Source: an uncultured Candidatus Saccharibacteria bacterium
GTDB taxonomy: Bacteria; Patescibacteriota; Minisyncoccia; Phycocordibacterales; UBA9973
Assembly: GCA_964475655.1 (NCBI GenBank)
Contig: CAYYXE010000002.1
Coordinates: 1 to 63,778 of the forward strand
Direction of reading: 5' to 3'
Length of the DNA: 63,778 nucleotides
The translations under genes were made by a program, and so were the position numbers. Below, in pieces: positions 44,552 to 53,286 of the stretch (position 1 is its first letter; every line of letters begins with the position of its first letter). A model generated the notes under the pieces. That model saw nothing but the letters and a program-made list of their open reading frames with translations. It ran no database searches and was not told the origin of the DNA.

Positions 44552-46924
44552 ATGGTAAAGGCAAAAGCAGTGGAAAATGGGCATAAGACATTGGTTATCC
44601 TCGACGCACACGCGATTATTCATCGTGCGTACCATGCGCTCCCGAGCTTCTCAAACACCCAGGGCGTGCCGACGGGGGCACTCTACGGGATCGTCTCGAT
44701 GCTTATTCGTATCGTCGAAGACCTTAAACCTGACGCCATCGTTGCGGCGTACGACCTCCCGAAACCGACCTTCAGACACCTTGCATACGACGACTACAAA
44801 AAAGGGCGAGTCAAGGCAGATGATGACCTTGTCGCGCAGATCAAGACCTCGCGCGCGCTCTTTGAGGCGTTTGGGATCGAGTGTCTCGACGCAGAAGGGT
44901 TTGAGGCAGATGATGTGATCGGCACGCTTGTGGAGCAATACAAGAAAGACAAGAATGTAAGTATCATCATTGCGTCAGGCGATATGGATACGCTCCAGCT
45001 CGTCGATGGTACGCGGGTGAAGGTGTTTACGCTCAAAAAGGGCCTCACTGACACCGTGCTCTATGATGAGGCAGGAGTGCGTGCTCGCTATGGATTTGAT
45101 CCGCTCCAGCTCGTCGACTACAAGGGTCTCCGGGGTGACCCGTCTGACAACATCATCGGCGTGCCAGGGATTGGCGAGAAGACTGCAACGAGCATCATTA
45201 CTACATTTGGATCAATCGAAAAGCTCTACGATGCACTCGACAGTGATGATCCCAAACTCAAAGATGCAGGGCTTACTCCGCGCGTAATCGGCATTCTCAA
45301 GGAGCACAAGGACGATGCATTCTTCTCAAAGACGCTTGCGACGATCCGTAGGGACGCACCAGTGACATTTGCTATTCCAGACAAACCCTACAAAGAAATC
45401 GTGCAACAAGAAAAGGTGATGGAGAAAGTATCGGAATATGAATTCAGAAGCCTTGTACCTCGCCTCAAAAAACTCTTTGCATTTGAAGAAGAGCATACTG
45501 GTCCGACCGAAGAGATCGATGAAGACCTGCTCAAAGAGGCATCAGTTGCACTCTGGGTGCTGTATTCCGAAAATACCAATCCTAGCTATGAGGCGATACT
45601 TGAGCGCACACGCAAAAAGACGCTTCGTGAAGCGTATGATGCAATCCTTGCTGAGTTGAAAAAAAAGAACTCGTTCGATATCTTTGAAAAGATAGAAAAG
45701 CCGCTCATGCCCATTATCAAAGACATGCAAGCATGGGGTATCACGATCGATCGCGCGTACTTTGAGAAGCTGCGCGAGACGATGAAGGAGAAGCTTGCAC
45801 GCATCGAACAAGAAGTGATCGAACTCACTGGAGAAACGCTCAACCTCAATTCTCCCAAGCAGCTCTCCGAACTCTTGTTCAATAAACTCGGCCTCAAACC
45901 CAAAGGCAAGCAAAAGGCGAGCGGTGCATATACGACCAATGCTGAGACACTCGAAGGATTGGTCGACGAGCATCCTGTCGTCGCAAAAATCCTCGAGCAT
46001 CGCGAAGTGCAGAAGCTCCTCAGTACGTATGTCGAGGCGCTCCTTGAATGTGCAGACGAGCACGACGTCGTGCATTCGACCTTTCTCCAACACGGTGCAG
46101 CAACGGGGAGATTTTCGTCCACCAACCCCAATCTCCAAAACATCCCGATCAAGGGCGAAGGGGGAGCTGAGGTGCGCCATGGATTTGTGGCGCGCCCCGG
46201 ACATGTGTTTGTCGGCAGTGATTATTCACAAATCGAGCTTCGCGTGCTCGCCATGCTCTCAGGAGATGTGGCACTTATCGAGACATTTCAAAAGGGTGAA
46301 GACATTCATGCGCGCGTAGCTGCAGGAATGTTTGGGGTGCCGGTGGATCAGGTTACAAATGATATGCGTCGCAAGGCCAAGGTGATCAACTTCGGCATCC
46401 TCTACGGCATGGGGGTCTCTGCGCTCCAAAAGAATCTGAAATCCACGAAGCAAGAAGCGATGGAATACTACGCAAAGTACTTCGAGACATTTCCGACCAT
46501 TGCCGCATATCTCGAAGGCACCAAAACCTTTGCCAAAGAACACGGGTATACGGAGACGATGTTTGGGCGACGGAGATATTTCCCCGGTATCACAAGCGCG
46601 GCGCCATTTATGCGCGCCTTTGCGGAGCGTATGGCGGTCAATGCTCCCATCCAGGGGACGAACGCCGACATCGTAAAGATTGCGATTGCGCTTATCGATA
46701 CTGATCTGCGTGCAGCGGGACTCATCGACCAGGTGCACCTCATGCTGCAGATCCACGATGAGCTTGTGTATGAAGTCGAGGAGTCGGTCAAGGAGAGGGC
46801 AGAGGCAATCATTGTGGCAGCGATGGACGATGTCTTTGCGCGAAGCCCCATACCGGTGGCAGAGGCGACGGTCCCGCTTGCAGTCTCGACCGGATCCGGA
46901 CACCGGCTTGATGAGCTCAAATAA
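44552..46924 (+). CDS. polA: DNA polymerase I (5' nuclease + polymerase; short middle domain)
   Basis: 5'-3' exonuclease N-terminus (DAHAIIHRAYHA, GVPGIGEKTA). Polymerase motif A DYSQIELR, motif B RRKAKVINFGILYG and motif C QIHDEL. Confidence 0.95.
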   Translation: MVKAKAVENGHKTLVILDAHAIIHRAYHALPSFSNTQGVPTGALYGIVSMLIRIVEDLKPDAIVAAYDLPKPTFRHLAYDDYKKGRVKADDDLVAQIKTSRALFEAFGIECLDAEGFEADDVIGTLVEQYKKDKNVSIIIASGDMDTLQLVDGTRVKVFTLKKGLTDTVLYDEAGVRARYGFDPLQLVDYKGLRGDPSDNIIGVPGIGEKTATSIITTFGSIEKLYDALDSDDPKLKDAGLTPRVIGILKEHKDDAFFSKTLATIRRDAPVTFAIPDKPYKEIVQQEKVMEKVSEYEFRSLVPRLKKLFAFEEEHTGPTEEIDEDLLKEASVALWVLYSENTNPSYEAILERTRKKTLREAYDAILAELKKKNSFDIFEKIEKPLMPIIKDMQAWGITIDRAYFEKLRETMKEKLARIEQEVIELTGETLNLNSPKQLSELLFNKLGLKPKGKQKASGAYTTNAETLEGLVDEHPVVAKILEHREVQKLLSTYVEALLECADEHDVVHSTFLQHGAATGRFSSTNPNLQNIPIKGEGGAEVRHGFVARPGHVFVGSDYSQIELRVLAMLSGDVALIETFQKGEDIHARVAAGMFGVPVDQVTNDMRRKAKVINFGILYGMGVSALQKNLKSTKQEAMEYYAKYFETFPTIAAYLEGTKTFAKEHGYTETMFGRRRYFPGITSAAPFMRAFAERMAVNAPIQGTNADIVKIAIALIDTDLRAAGLIDQVHLMLQIHDELVYEVEESVKERAEAIIVAAMDDVFARSPIPVAEATVPLAVSTGSGHRLDELK

Positions 46925-46941
46925 GTCTATACAATAGCAGT

Positions 46942-47388
46942 ATGACTACTACCCCCAAGGTCCACACAACGCTCGCTCGCTCCTACCTCGTCTACTTTGT
47001 CTGCAGTATCGTGGGGCTCTTTGGGGATACCCTCATAGGATTTGATATTGCACTCTTGTATGCCCATACAATTGCGCTCATATGTTTTGGGCTCGGGGCA
47101 GTGCTCATCGGGTGGGCGCAGTATACGTCTCGGCATGCGCACCAAGAGCCGGGGAAGCCATACTTTCTCAAGGGTCCATACCGATATATGCGCAATCCTA
47201 CACATCTCGGGATAGTGGTGCTGGTGCTTGGCTACACAGTGGTTAGTGGATCAGTCATCTTTTGTGTGGTGACACTTGTGGGCTACCTCATATCTAATAT
47301 CTTTTTTAAGCAGTATGAGTTGCTCCTTACGGAGTCGTACGATGGCGTATACGCAGATTATCAATCCAAGGTTCCCAAAATTTTCTAA
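46942..47388 (+). CDS. isoprenylcysteine carboxyl methyltransferase (ICMT/PEMT) family membrane protein
   Basis: Polytopic protein with GPYRYMRNPTHLG..., typical of the ICMT family. Confidence 0.7.
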   Translation: MTTTPKVHTTLARSYLVYFVCSIVGLFGDTLIGFDIALLYAHTIALICFGLGAVLIGWAQYTSRHAHQEPGKPYFLKGPYRYMRNPTHLGIVVLVLGYTVVSGSVIFCVVTLVGYLISNIFFKQYELLLTESYDGVYADYQSKVPKIF

Positions 47389-48002
47389 TGCTTTGTGTAG
47401 TAGTCGGTGACAATCACAGAGAGCGCACCCAGACAATCGACGCACTGCTGCCCACAGAAGGCGAGGTCTTTGTCTTTGATGAGACGATGGGGACAGTGGG
47501 CGACCTTGAGCAGTATCTGTACCCCTCGCTCTTTATGAGCGCGCCGCCGGTGATCCACGCAAAGTATATGCTTGCAACTGAGCCGCTTGATCCTTCATTT
47601 GTCAGGCAGCTTCTTGCAAGTCCGACACTTTTTATCTTTGAAGAAATAGAACTTCCTGCGCCACTGGTTACCGTATTTAAAAAACAAGGAGCAGTGATCC
47701 ACGCTCAAGAAAAGACTAAGACTATAAAAAAAGATGCAGATATCTTTGCCGTGACCGGCGCACTTATGGCAAGTGACAAAAAGAAACGCTGGATGATCTA
47801 TCGTGAAGCAATCACGCAGCATCCGATCGAAGCGATTATGGGCATACTCTACTGGAAAGTCCGCGATATGGCGCTCAAAAATCCCAAAGAAAAAGCTGTG
47901 CATTTGAAACTCTATCGCGAATTACTTAATGCACATGCACGAGCATGGGAGAGTGGGACGCCGCTTGAGCTTGAGATCGAGAAGGTGCTGCTTATGCAAT
48001 AA
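47388..48002 (+). CDS. hypothetical protein, possibly a short DNA polymerase III delta (HolA)-like subunit
   Basis: Weak resemblance only (position after polA, helical C-terminus ILYWKVRDMAL...LYRELLNAH). Confidence 0.3.
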   Translation: MLCVVVGDNHRERTQTIDALLPTEGEVFVFDETMGTVGDLEQYLYPSLFMSAPPVIHAKYMLATEPLDPSFVRQLLASPTLFIFEEIELPAPLVTVFKKQGAVIHAQEKTKTIKKDADIFAVTGALMASDKKKRWMIYREAITQHPIEAIMGILYWKVRDMALKNPKEKAVHLKLYRELLNAHARAWESGTPLELEIEKVLLMQ

Positions 48003-48156
48003 AAAGCTCCCGAAAAAGGAGTTTTAGAATGTGCTACTTGGAGTAGGCAAAATAATTTGGTATTGAGCTCCAAGTAGCACCGGTCGTAGTTTACGTAGGG
48101 TGTAGTAATAAAGTACAGTCTCTATTTAGTATAGACCTTTTATACCGTTCGACAAC

Positions 48157-48675
48157 TTATTTGGATGAATATCGTCTTGCAAGGAGGGTAAGAAGAATCC
48201 CTGCAGTAAGTACGGTCAGTGACATCACTTGGATCGTGATATATCCAAATTCATAGACGTAGCGGACGTTGCAGGAGACACTCGCGGCACCACAGACGTC
48301 GATACCGGTCGGAAAGACATCGATGACGATGTGAAAGAGTGCGACTACTGCGCCGATGAGAGAAAGGGTGAGGACTTGTGTTTGGAGGAGCTTGCTCGTG
48401 CGGAGGTTTGCAGTCCATGCGAGGATGGCGATCGGGATAATCGCAATGCGCTGGTACCAACACAGGAGGCACGGCTCATATCCAAAGCCGTATTGGTACA
48501 CAAAGCTTATCAGTGTCGCTAGTCCAAAGATACTCGCAGTGATGAGTCCCGCATGCTGTGCGACAACTTTCACAAAGGGAGCCTTCGTGATCCATCCGAT
48601 GAGGATGATAATGATGGCGATTTGGAGTGCGATGATACCGAGAGAAGCAAGGGTTGTAAACAGAGTGGTAACCAT
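48157..48675 (-). CDS. DsbB/BdbC-family disulfide bond formation protein
   Basis: Four TM helices, CLLCWYQR (CxxC in the first loop) and a second Cys pair in the second loop. Start at MVTTLF is coupled to the upstream gene. Confidence 0.8.
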   Translation of the reverse strand: MVTTLFTTLASLGIIALQIAIIIILIGWITKAPFVKVVAQHAGLITASIFGLATLISFVYQYGFGYEPCLLCWYQRIAIIPIAILAWTANLRTSKLLQTQVLTLSLIGAVVALFHIVIDVFPTGIDVCGAASVSCNVRYVYEFGYITIQVMSLTVLTAGILLTLLARRYSSK

Positions 48676-48676
48676 A

Positions 48677-49066
48677 TTACTTCGCGTTTGCCGCGTCGAG
48701 TGCGGTGGTACAGTTTGTCTTTGTCGCAAGCTCTTCGAGGGTGCGCTCACCGCCGAGGCGGGCACCATCTGCAAATTCCCAGGTCGGATAGCCTTCTACT
48801 TTGGCATCAGTGCAGATCTGTAGCTGCCCTTTGCCACTTGGTTGGGAGCACTCGATGTACGGGAGCTTCTTGGCGGCCTTCCCAAACATTGCCTTGGTCG
48901 CCTGGCAGTGCGGGCACCAAAACGCGCCATAAAACTTCGCCCCGCTATCTGCGATACATTGCGCAACTTCATCATACTTGCCTGGTTTCTTGGCCTGCAC
49001 TACCAACAGCGACACAAGTCCTCCCACTATTACAACGACTACAACAATCCAAACTATTTTTTTCAT
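48677..49066 (-). CDS. membrane-anchored thioredoxin-fold oxidoreductase (CPHC)
   Basis: N-terminal TM and FYGAFWCPHCQATKAMFG, as in the Trx-like domains partnered with VKOR/DsbB. Confidence 0.75.
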   Translation of the reverse strand: MKKIVWIVVVVVIVGGLVSLLVVQAKKPGKYDEVAQCIADSGAKFYGAFWCPHCQATKAMFGKAAKKLPYIECSQPSGKGQLQICTDAKVEGYPTWEFADGARLGGERTLEELATKTNCTTALDAANAK

Positions 49067-49120
49067 ATATCAACGGTATCGTGTGTGCGTGATTTTTGCA
49101 AGCTATCGATTGTGTACCTG

Positions 49121-49193
49121 TGCCCCTAGCAGGGCTCGAACCTGCGACCGTCTCCTTAAGAGGGAGCTGCTCTACCAACTGAGCTATAGAGGC
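49121..49193 (-). tRNA. tRNA-Lys (anticodon CUU), no encoded CCA
   Basis: Manual cloverleaf: acceptor GCCTCTA/TAGGGGC (one G-U), D arm GCTC AGTTGGTA GAGC, anticodon loop CTCTTAA, T arm GCAGG TTCGAGC CCTGC. Confidence 0.85.
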
Positions 49194-49233
49194 GTATTGC
49201 AATTTGCAGCCAAAACTATACCATGCGCCATAT

Positions 49234-49710
49234 ATGAAATCAAATGAGCGCATACTTATCGTCCACGATATCCGAAGTGCGCAAAACGTCGGCTCACTCT
49301 TTCGCACGAGTGATGCGGTAGGGATTACCAAAGTCTATCTCTCAAGTATATGCCCACTCCCACTCGATCGCTTTGGTCGTCCGCGAAGCGACGTCGCCAA
49401 GACTGCGCTTGGGGCAGAAAAGACTATCGCATGGGAAGTCTATACAGACATTGCAACGCTTATTACCACACTCAAACGTGAGCAAGTGCAGGTAGTCGCA
49501 ATCGAACAGTCCCCGAAGTCAGTAGATTACAAAACCATCACCATCGATGGATCTGTTGCATTTGTGCTCGGCAATGAAGTTGATGGCTTGCCACACGAAG
49601 TACTTAACCTCTGTGATGTCGTCGCTGAGATCCCGATGAAGGGAAGCAAAGAGTCGCTCAATGTCGCCGTTGCAGCGGGGGTGGCACTCTTTGGAATGCT
49701 GGGGGTTTAG
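49234..49710 (+). CDS. TrmH/SpoU-family RNA 2'-O-methyltransferase
   Basis: NVGSLFRTSDA, VLGNEVDGL and IPMKGSKESLNVAVAAG, the three SPOUT motifs. Confidence 0.85.
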   Translation: MKSNERILIVHDIRSAQNVGSLFRTSDAVGITKVYLSSICPLPLDRFGRPRSDVAKTALGAEKTIAWEVYTDIATLITTLKREQVQVVAIEQSPKSVDYKTITIDGSVAFVLGNEVDGLPHEVLNLCDVVAEIPMKGSKESLNVAVAAGVALFGMLGV

Positions 49711-49916
49711 GGCCTCGTCCTATCCTTCAGCTCTTCAAGGGTATAGATACGACCGCTTTCGATCGGAGCGGGCTGCTCGAGGAAGGGGTGGGTGCGGTTG
49801 ACTTGGATGCGGTCAGGACCGCCAGTGATAAACCAGCCGAGCCACAGGAGCGCAAGGAGGACCAGGAACCATTTGAGCTCTTCGTTCATATGGAGAGTAT
49901 AGCTGACTTTTGACAA
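49707..49916 (-). CDS. small membrane protein, hypothetical
   Basis: 69 aa with one TM (WFLVLLALLWLGWFI). Confidence 0.4.
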   Translation of the reverse strand: MSKVSYTLHMNEELKWFLVLLALLWLGWFITGGPDRIQVNRTHPFLEQPAPIESGRIYTLEELKDRTRP

Positions 49917-49954
49917 ACGTGTAGAGAGGCGTAGTATGGAGAAAAATATTCTTT

Positions 49955-50491
49955 ATGAAAAAAACACTAATCAACACTCGCGGTTTGCAAAAAGCAAACC
50001 AGCATATCCTTGCATTTATTGATAAGTATGAAAAAAGAGTACTACCTCTTCCGTTTCTTTCAAATCAATTAAACAGCGAAACATTTTTCACACCACTTAG
50101 TGAGTCAAGCTTTTTTTCACAACATGATTGTAAGCATCCTATTTTAAAGGATCTTACTTTTTTGGGACAAGCACTTACGCTGCTTTTAAATGAAAAAGGA
50201 GTGATCCCCTCAAGAATCATATCTCTACAGGCTTTGTATAATCTCCAGCGGCAAAAGCTAAAAGAATACGAAAAACTGCAGAAGCATTTTGTTGAGCTGC
50301 CAGTTGGGGATATTCTCCACTATTCCTTAATTGAGCCGGTATTGATCGTTCACAACATTTCTCCTGAAACAGTTTTTGGCAATCCTGTGTATAAGAAACT
50401 TTGTAAAGAAGACCCTATAGTTGGAAAATACAATCACATTTGTCATTTCAAATGGTGTATTGAAAACTACAAAGAAATTCTCAAAAACTAA
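49955..50491 (+). CDS. hypothetical protein (AT-rich orphan)
   Basis: 178-aa ORF, visibly AT-richer than its flanks, followed by a hairpin terminator. Confidence 0.45.
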   Translation: MKKTLINTRGLQKANQHILAFIDKYEKRVLPLPFLSNQLNSETFFTPLSESSFFSQHDCKHPILKDLTFLGQALTLLLNEKGVIPSRIISLQALYNLQRQKLKEYEKLQKHFVELPVGDILHYSLIEPVLIVHNISPETVFGNPVYKKLCKEDPIVGKYNHICHFKWCIENYKEILKN

Positions 50492-50498
50492 AAGCGTA

Positions 50499-50524
50499 AC
50501 TGCCCCACATTCGGGGCAGTTTTA
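50499..50524 (+). terminator. intrinsic terminator between convergent genes
   Basis: Stem actgcccc / ggggcagt, loop acattc, then TTT. Confidence 0.55.
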
Positions 50525-51067
50525 CTTTTTCAACAACTGCAGCGCTTGCGTAATTTGCTTCTCAAGTACAACTTCAGGATCGATCGACGGAAGCACTGCA
50601 CGGATGTCGTGCTCTTTGAAGCCGAGCGAGAGGAGGGCTTCGACGAGGTCGCTTCCGCCGGCGTGTTCGGTAGCGGCAAATCCAGCGAGTTTGTCTTTGA
50701 GGTCGATGATGACTTTCTCAGCGGTCTTTTTGCCGATGCCAGGGACGAGCGAGACTGCCTTTGCATCGCCTGTGCGGATCGCGCGGACGAGCTCGCTCAT
50801 CGGATACATCGTGAGCATGTGGAGCGCCGTCTTGGGTCCGACACCAGAGACCGATATGAGATGCATAAAGAGCGCCTTCTCCTGCATGTCCTGAAACCCA
50901 TAGAGCTCGTGGGCGTCTTCGCGAATGACGAGATGCGTGTGCAGGAGTGCAGTGTCGCCGATAGCGTAGATGCCAGGGGTGTAGACGGCATAGGCGAGCG
51001 CTCCTGTGTCGATGACGACGCCCCTTTCAAAGAGGTCGACGACGGGTCCCTGGATGCGTGCAATCAT
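50522..51067 (-). CDS. ruvA: Holliday junction DNA helicase subunit RuvA
   Basis: MIARIQGPV..., an HhH pair (ISVSGVGPKTAL, VPGIGKKTAEKV) and a short domain III. Confidence 0.9.
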   Translation of the reverse strand: MIARIQGPVVDLFERGVVIDTGALAYAVYTPGIYAIGDTALLHTHLVIREDAHELYGFQDMQEKALFMHLISVSGVGPKTALHMLTMYPMSELVRAIRTGDAKAVSLVPGIGKKTAEKVIIDLKDKLAGFAATEHAGGSDLVEALLSLGFKEHDIRAVLPSIDPEVVLEKQITQALQLLKK

Positions 51068-51135
51068 GCACCTATCATAGCAGATCAGGGGACTCTCTTG
51101 CGAAAATGACCCGGTATGCTATAGTAGCGTCCTAT

Positions 51136-51396
51136 ATGCCAATCACACGAAATGCAAAAAAGGCCCTCCGCGTCGCTAACCGCAAGCAGGCAGTAAATGC
51201 TCGCACCAAGAAAGCGCTCAAGGAAGGCGTTAAGTCAATCGAAAAGCTCGTAAGTGCAAAAAACTGGAAGGATGCCAAGAAGTCTCTAGCAGAAGCGTAC
51301 AGTGCGATCGACAAGGCTGCAAAGAAAGGAGTGATCAAAAAGAACACTGCAAGCCGCAAAAAAGCTCGACTCTCTCGAATGAGCAAAGAAAAGTAA
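51136..51396 (+). CDS. rpsT: 30S ribosomal protein S20
   Basis: MPITRNAKKALRVANRKQAVNARTKKALK..., a basic helical protein of 86 aa. Confidence 0.9.
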   Translation: MPITRNAKKALRVANRKQAVNARTKKALKEGVKSIEKLVSAKNWKDAKKSLAEAYSAIDKAAKKGVIKKNTASRKKARLSRMSKEK

Positions 51397-51401
51397 GTAA
51401 G

Positions 51402-51424
51402 ACCACCCGACAAGGGTGGTTTTG
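51402..51424 (+). terminator. rho-independent terminator
   Basis: Stem accaccc / gggtggt, loop gacaa, then TTT. Confidence 0.6.
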
Positions 51425-51437
51425 CTATACTTACACA

Positions 51438-51710
51438 ATGTTATATGAATTCTACGGAGAAGAATGTCCGCACTGCCAGCGGATGCGCGAACTCACGACC
51501 AAGCTGATGAAGGAATACCCCCAGGTGCAAATACAGCGCAAGGAGGTCTGGCACGATAAGCGCAACATGGCGTTTATCAAGGAATGCGACAAAGGGGATG
51601 AGTGCGGCGGCGTGCCGTTCTTCTTCAATACTGAGACCAAGAAGTGGCTGTGCGGGGAAGTGGAGTATGAAGAGATCAAGAAGTGGGCAGGGGTGGATCG
51701 TCTTGACTAA
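51438..51710 (+). CDS. small thioredoxin/glutaredoxin-like protein (CPHC)
   Basis: MLYEFYGEECPHCQRM... 90 aa with a Trx-fold pattern. Confidence 0.7.
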   Translation: MLYEFYGEECPHCQRMRELTTKLMKEYPQVQIQRKEVWHDKRNMAFIKECDKGDECGGVPFFFNTETKKWLCGEVEYEEIKKWAGVDRLD

Positions 51711-51728
51711 ATAGGGTTTGGGGGTAGT

Positions 51729-52106
51729 ATGAGGGGAAAACGTACATGTATCACTATGGGAAATAATTACAGTGGGTTTTATTCTGGAAAACCAAAGCAG
51801 AAAAGCAGTGCTTGGATGTATGTCGGTGCTATTCTCGGTGCACTAACTATTATTATCGGATTTTATTTTTGGTTAGGTATCAAAGGTATTGTGGGGATTG
51901 CAATAATCGGTATGCTGATTGTAGCTGCATTTGAATACCTTCAAAAAAATAAGCCAGAAGTAATTCTAAAAGAAACGAGACAAATAATACGTGAAATAAT
52001 AATTCTTATTGTATTTTTTGTTCTTACTATGGTCTGGAAAAATCACCAAGCAAAACATGCTGAACAACCACCACACAAGGTGGTTGTTTTTGTGTACCCT
52101 GGGTAG
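51729..52106 (+). CDS. small membrane protein, hypothetical
   Basis: Three hydrophobic helices. The 3' end runs through a terminator hairpin (52063..52092). Confidence 0.4.
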   Translation: MRGKRTCITMGNNYSGFYSGKPKQKSSAWMYVGAILGALTIIIGFYFWLGIKGIVGIAIIGMLIVAAFEYLQKNKPEVILKETRQIIREIIILIVFFVLTMVWKNHQAKHAEQPPHKVVVFVYPG

Positions 52107-52178
52107 TCAGCACCTCCCCCTGTGGTCACGAGTCACTAAGTATAATTGTTCGCTTCGCTCCAATTCTACAAAGTGCTC

Positions 52179-52264
52179 GCGACCCCGCCTCGCGGCACTT
52201 CGTGCAACGCTCCGGCCAGCCCAAGTATGAAAAAACGCGAAGCAGTTCGCGTTTTTTCGTCTTG
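52179..52264. repeat. tRNA-flanking conserved structured element, copy A
   Basis: Shares the blocks GCGACCCCGCCTCGC, GCTCCGGC, GCCCAAGTA, GAAAAAA, AAGCAG and TTTTTTCGTCTTGTG with 63689..63778. Two hairpins are kept by compensatory changes. Confidence 0.8.
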
Positions 52265-52336
52265 TGCTCTCGGTAGGAATCGAACCTACATCATAACTTC
52301 CGCAAAGTTACGTCCTATCCATTGAACGACGAGAGC
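52265..52336 (-). tRNA. tRNA-Arg (anticodon GCG as read manually)
   Basis: Acceptor GCTCTCG/CGAGAGC, D arm GTTC AATGGATA GGAC, anticodon stem TAACT/AGTTA with loop TTGCGGA, T arm GTAGG TTCGATT CCTAC. Confidence 0.8.
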
Positions 52337-52348
52337 ATATATTTCTAT

Positions 52349-52804
52349 TTAAAACCCGAGACGCTCCGCAATCTTGACCCCGGTAGACTCGCGCATCTGG
52401 ACTTCGGGGGCGTGCTTGGCCATCTCGGTGCGGACCGCATCTGCAGTCACGCCGGCAAGCGGGAGGCTCATCATGGGGATCACGGATCCTTTGACGAGCA
52501 GTAACAGCTTATCTGGTTTCCCAGATTCGTCAATCCAAAACTGCTTGACGCGCTCCCACGGCACAACCTCCTCATTTACAGAGAAGTCTTTCTCTCCAAG
52601 TGTAATCGTGAGCATGGCAGGCTTGCGCTGCGCAAAGATAATCACTGCCCCACCGGCGATAATGAGAAATATCCCAAAGAAAATGTTGCCATAAAAGAAG
52701 CAGATCGTCGCCGCAATCCCAAACACGAGTCCTGCGTACCACAGCCAGTCGGGGTGTCGTTCCTTTTCTTCAAATTCAAGCGTGGTCCATGAGAGTCTTT
52801 CCAT
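52349..52804 (-). CDS. membrane protein, hypothetical (two TM helices + soluble C-domain)
   Basis: Start chosen at MERLSW. WLWYAGLVFGIAATICFFYGNIFFGIFLIIAGGAVIIF. Confidence 0.5.
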   Translation of the reverse strand: MERLSWTTLEFEEKERHPDWLWYAGLVFGIAATICFFYGNIFFGIFLIIAGGAVIIFAQRKPAMLTITLGEKDFSVNEEVVPWERVKQFWIDESGKPDKLLLLVKGSVIPMMSLPLAGVTADAVRTEMAKHAPEVQMRESTGVKIAERLGF

Positions 52805-52861
52805 ACGCAAAAGTGTAACACAAAACCGCAACGATCGTTGCGGTTTGCGCAAAAAGAAGTG

Positions 52862-53161
52862 TTACTCTTTTTTCTTGTCGAGTTTGTCGAGACCGAGCGC
52901 CTTGATCCCAAAGTACACAACTGCCGCGATGATGACGAAGTCGACGATGGTGGAGATAAATGCGCCCCATTTGATGCTCGCATTGCCGATCACGGTCATC
53001 TTGTCTGCGAGGTTTACTTTGCCAAGCGCGAGGCCGACAAGGGGATTGATAATGTTGTCCACGAGCGAGCTCACCGTCTTGCTCACTGCACCGCCGAGAA
53101 TGAAACCGACCGCAAGCCCAACTACTCCCTGTTCTCGTATAAAGTCCATAAATCCTGACAT
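52862..53161 (-). CDS. mscL: large-conductance mechanosensitive channel MscL
   Basis: MSGFMDFIREQGVVGLAVGFILGGAVSKTVSSLVDNIINPLVG... and a second TM segment plus a KKKE tail. Confidence 0.85.
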   Translation of the reverse strand: MSGFMDFIREQGVVGLAVGFILGGAVSKTVSSLVDNIINPLVGLALGKVNLADKMTVIGNASIKWGAFISTIVDFVIIAAVVYFGIKALGLDKLDKKKE

Positions 53162-53286
53162 CTTGCCTTTGATTGTATTCATATGCATGAGTATACCAAA
53201 TATGTTGGCGGGAGTGGTTAGATGTGTTCAGAACTATAGACTGGAAGGAAATAAAAAGCAATTTGGAGTATTCAGGCATAGGAAGA

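Noticed and set aside
45542-46903. Long minus-strand ORFs (45542..46204, 45586..46152, 46259..46903, 46468..46920) inside polA
   Set aside because: polA motifs A, B and C are intact on the + strand, so the antisense frames are spurious.
48031-48080. 13-bp perfect inverted repeat (GTGCTACTTGGAG ... CTCCAAGTAGCAC, 24-nt spacer) between convergent genes
   Set aside because: There is no U-tract on either strand and only a single occurrence. It is probably a weak terminator or stabiliser hairpin, with not enough evidence to assign a function.
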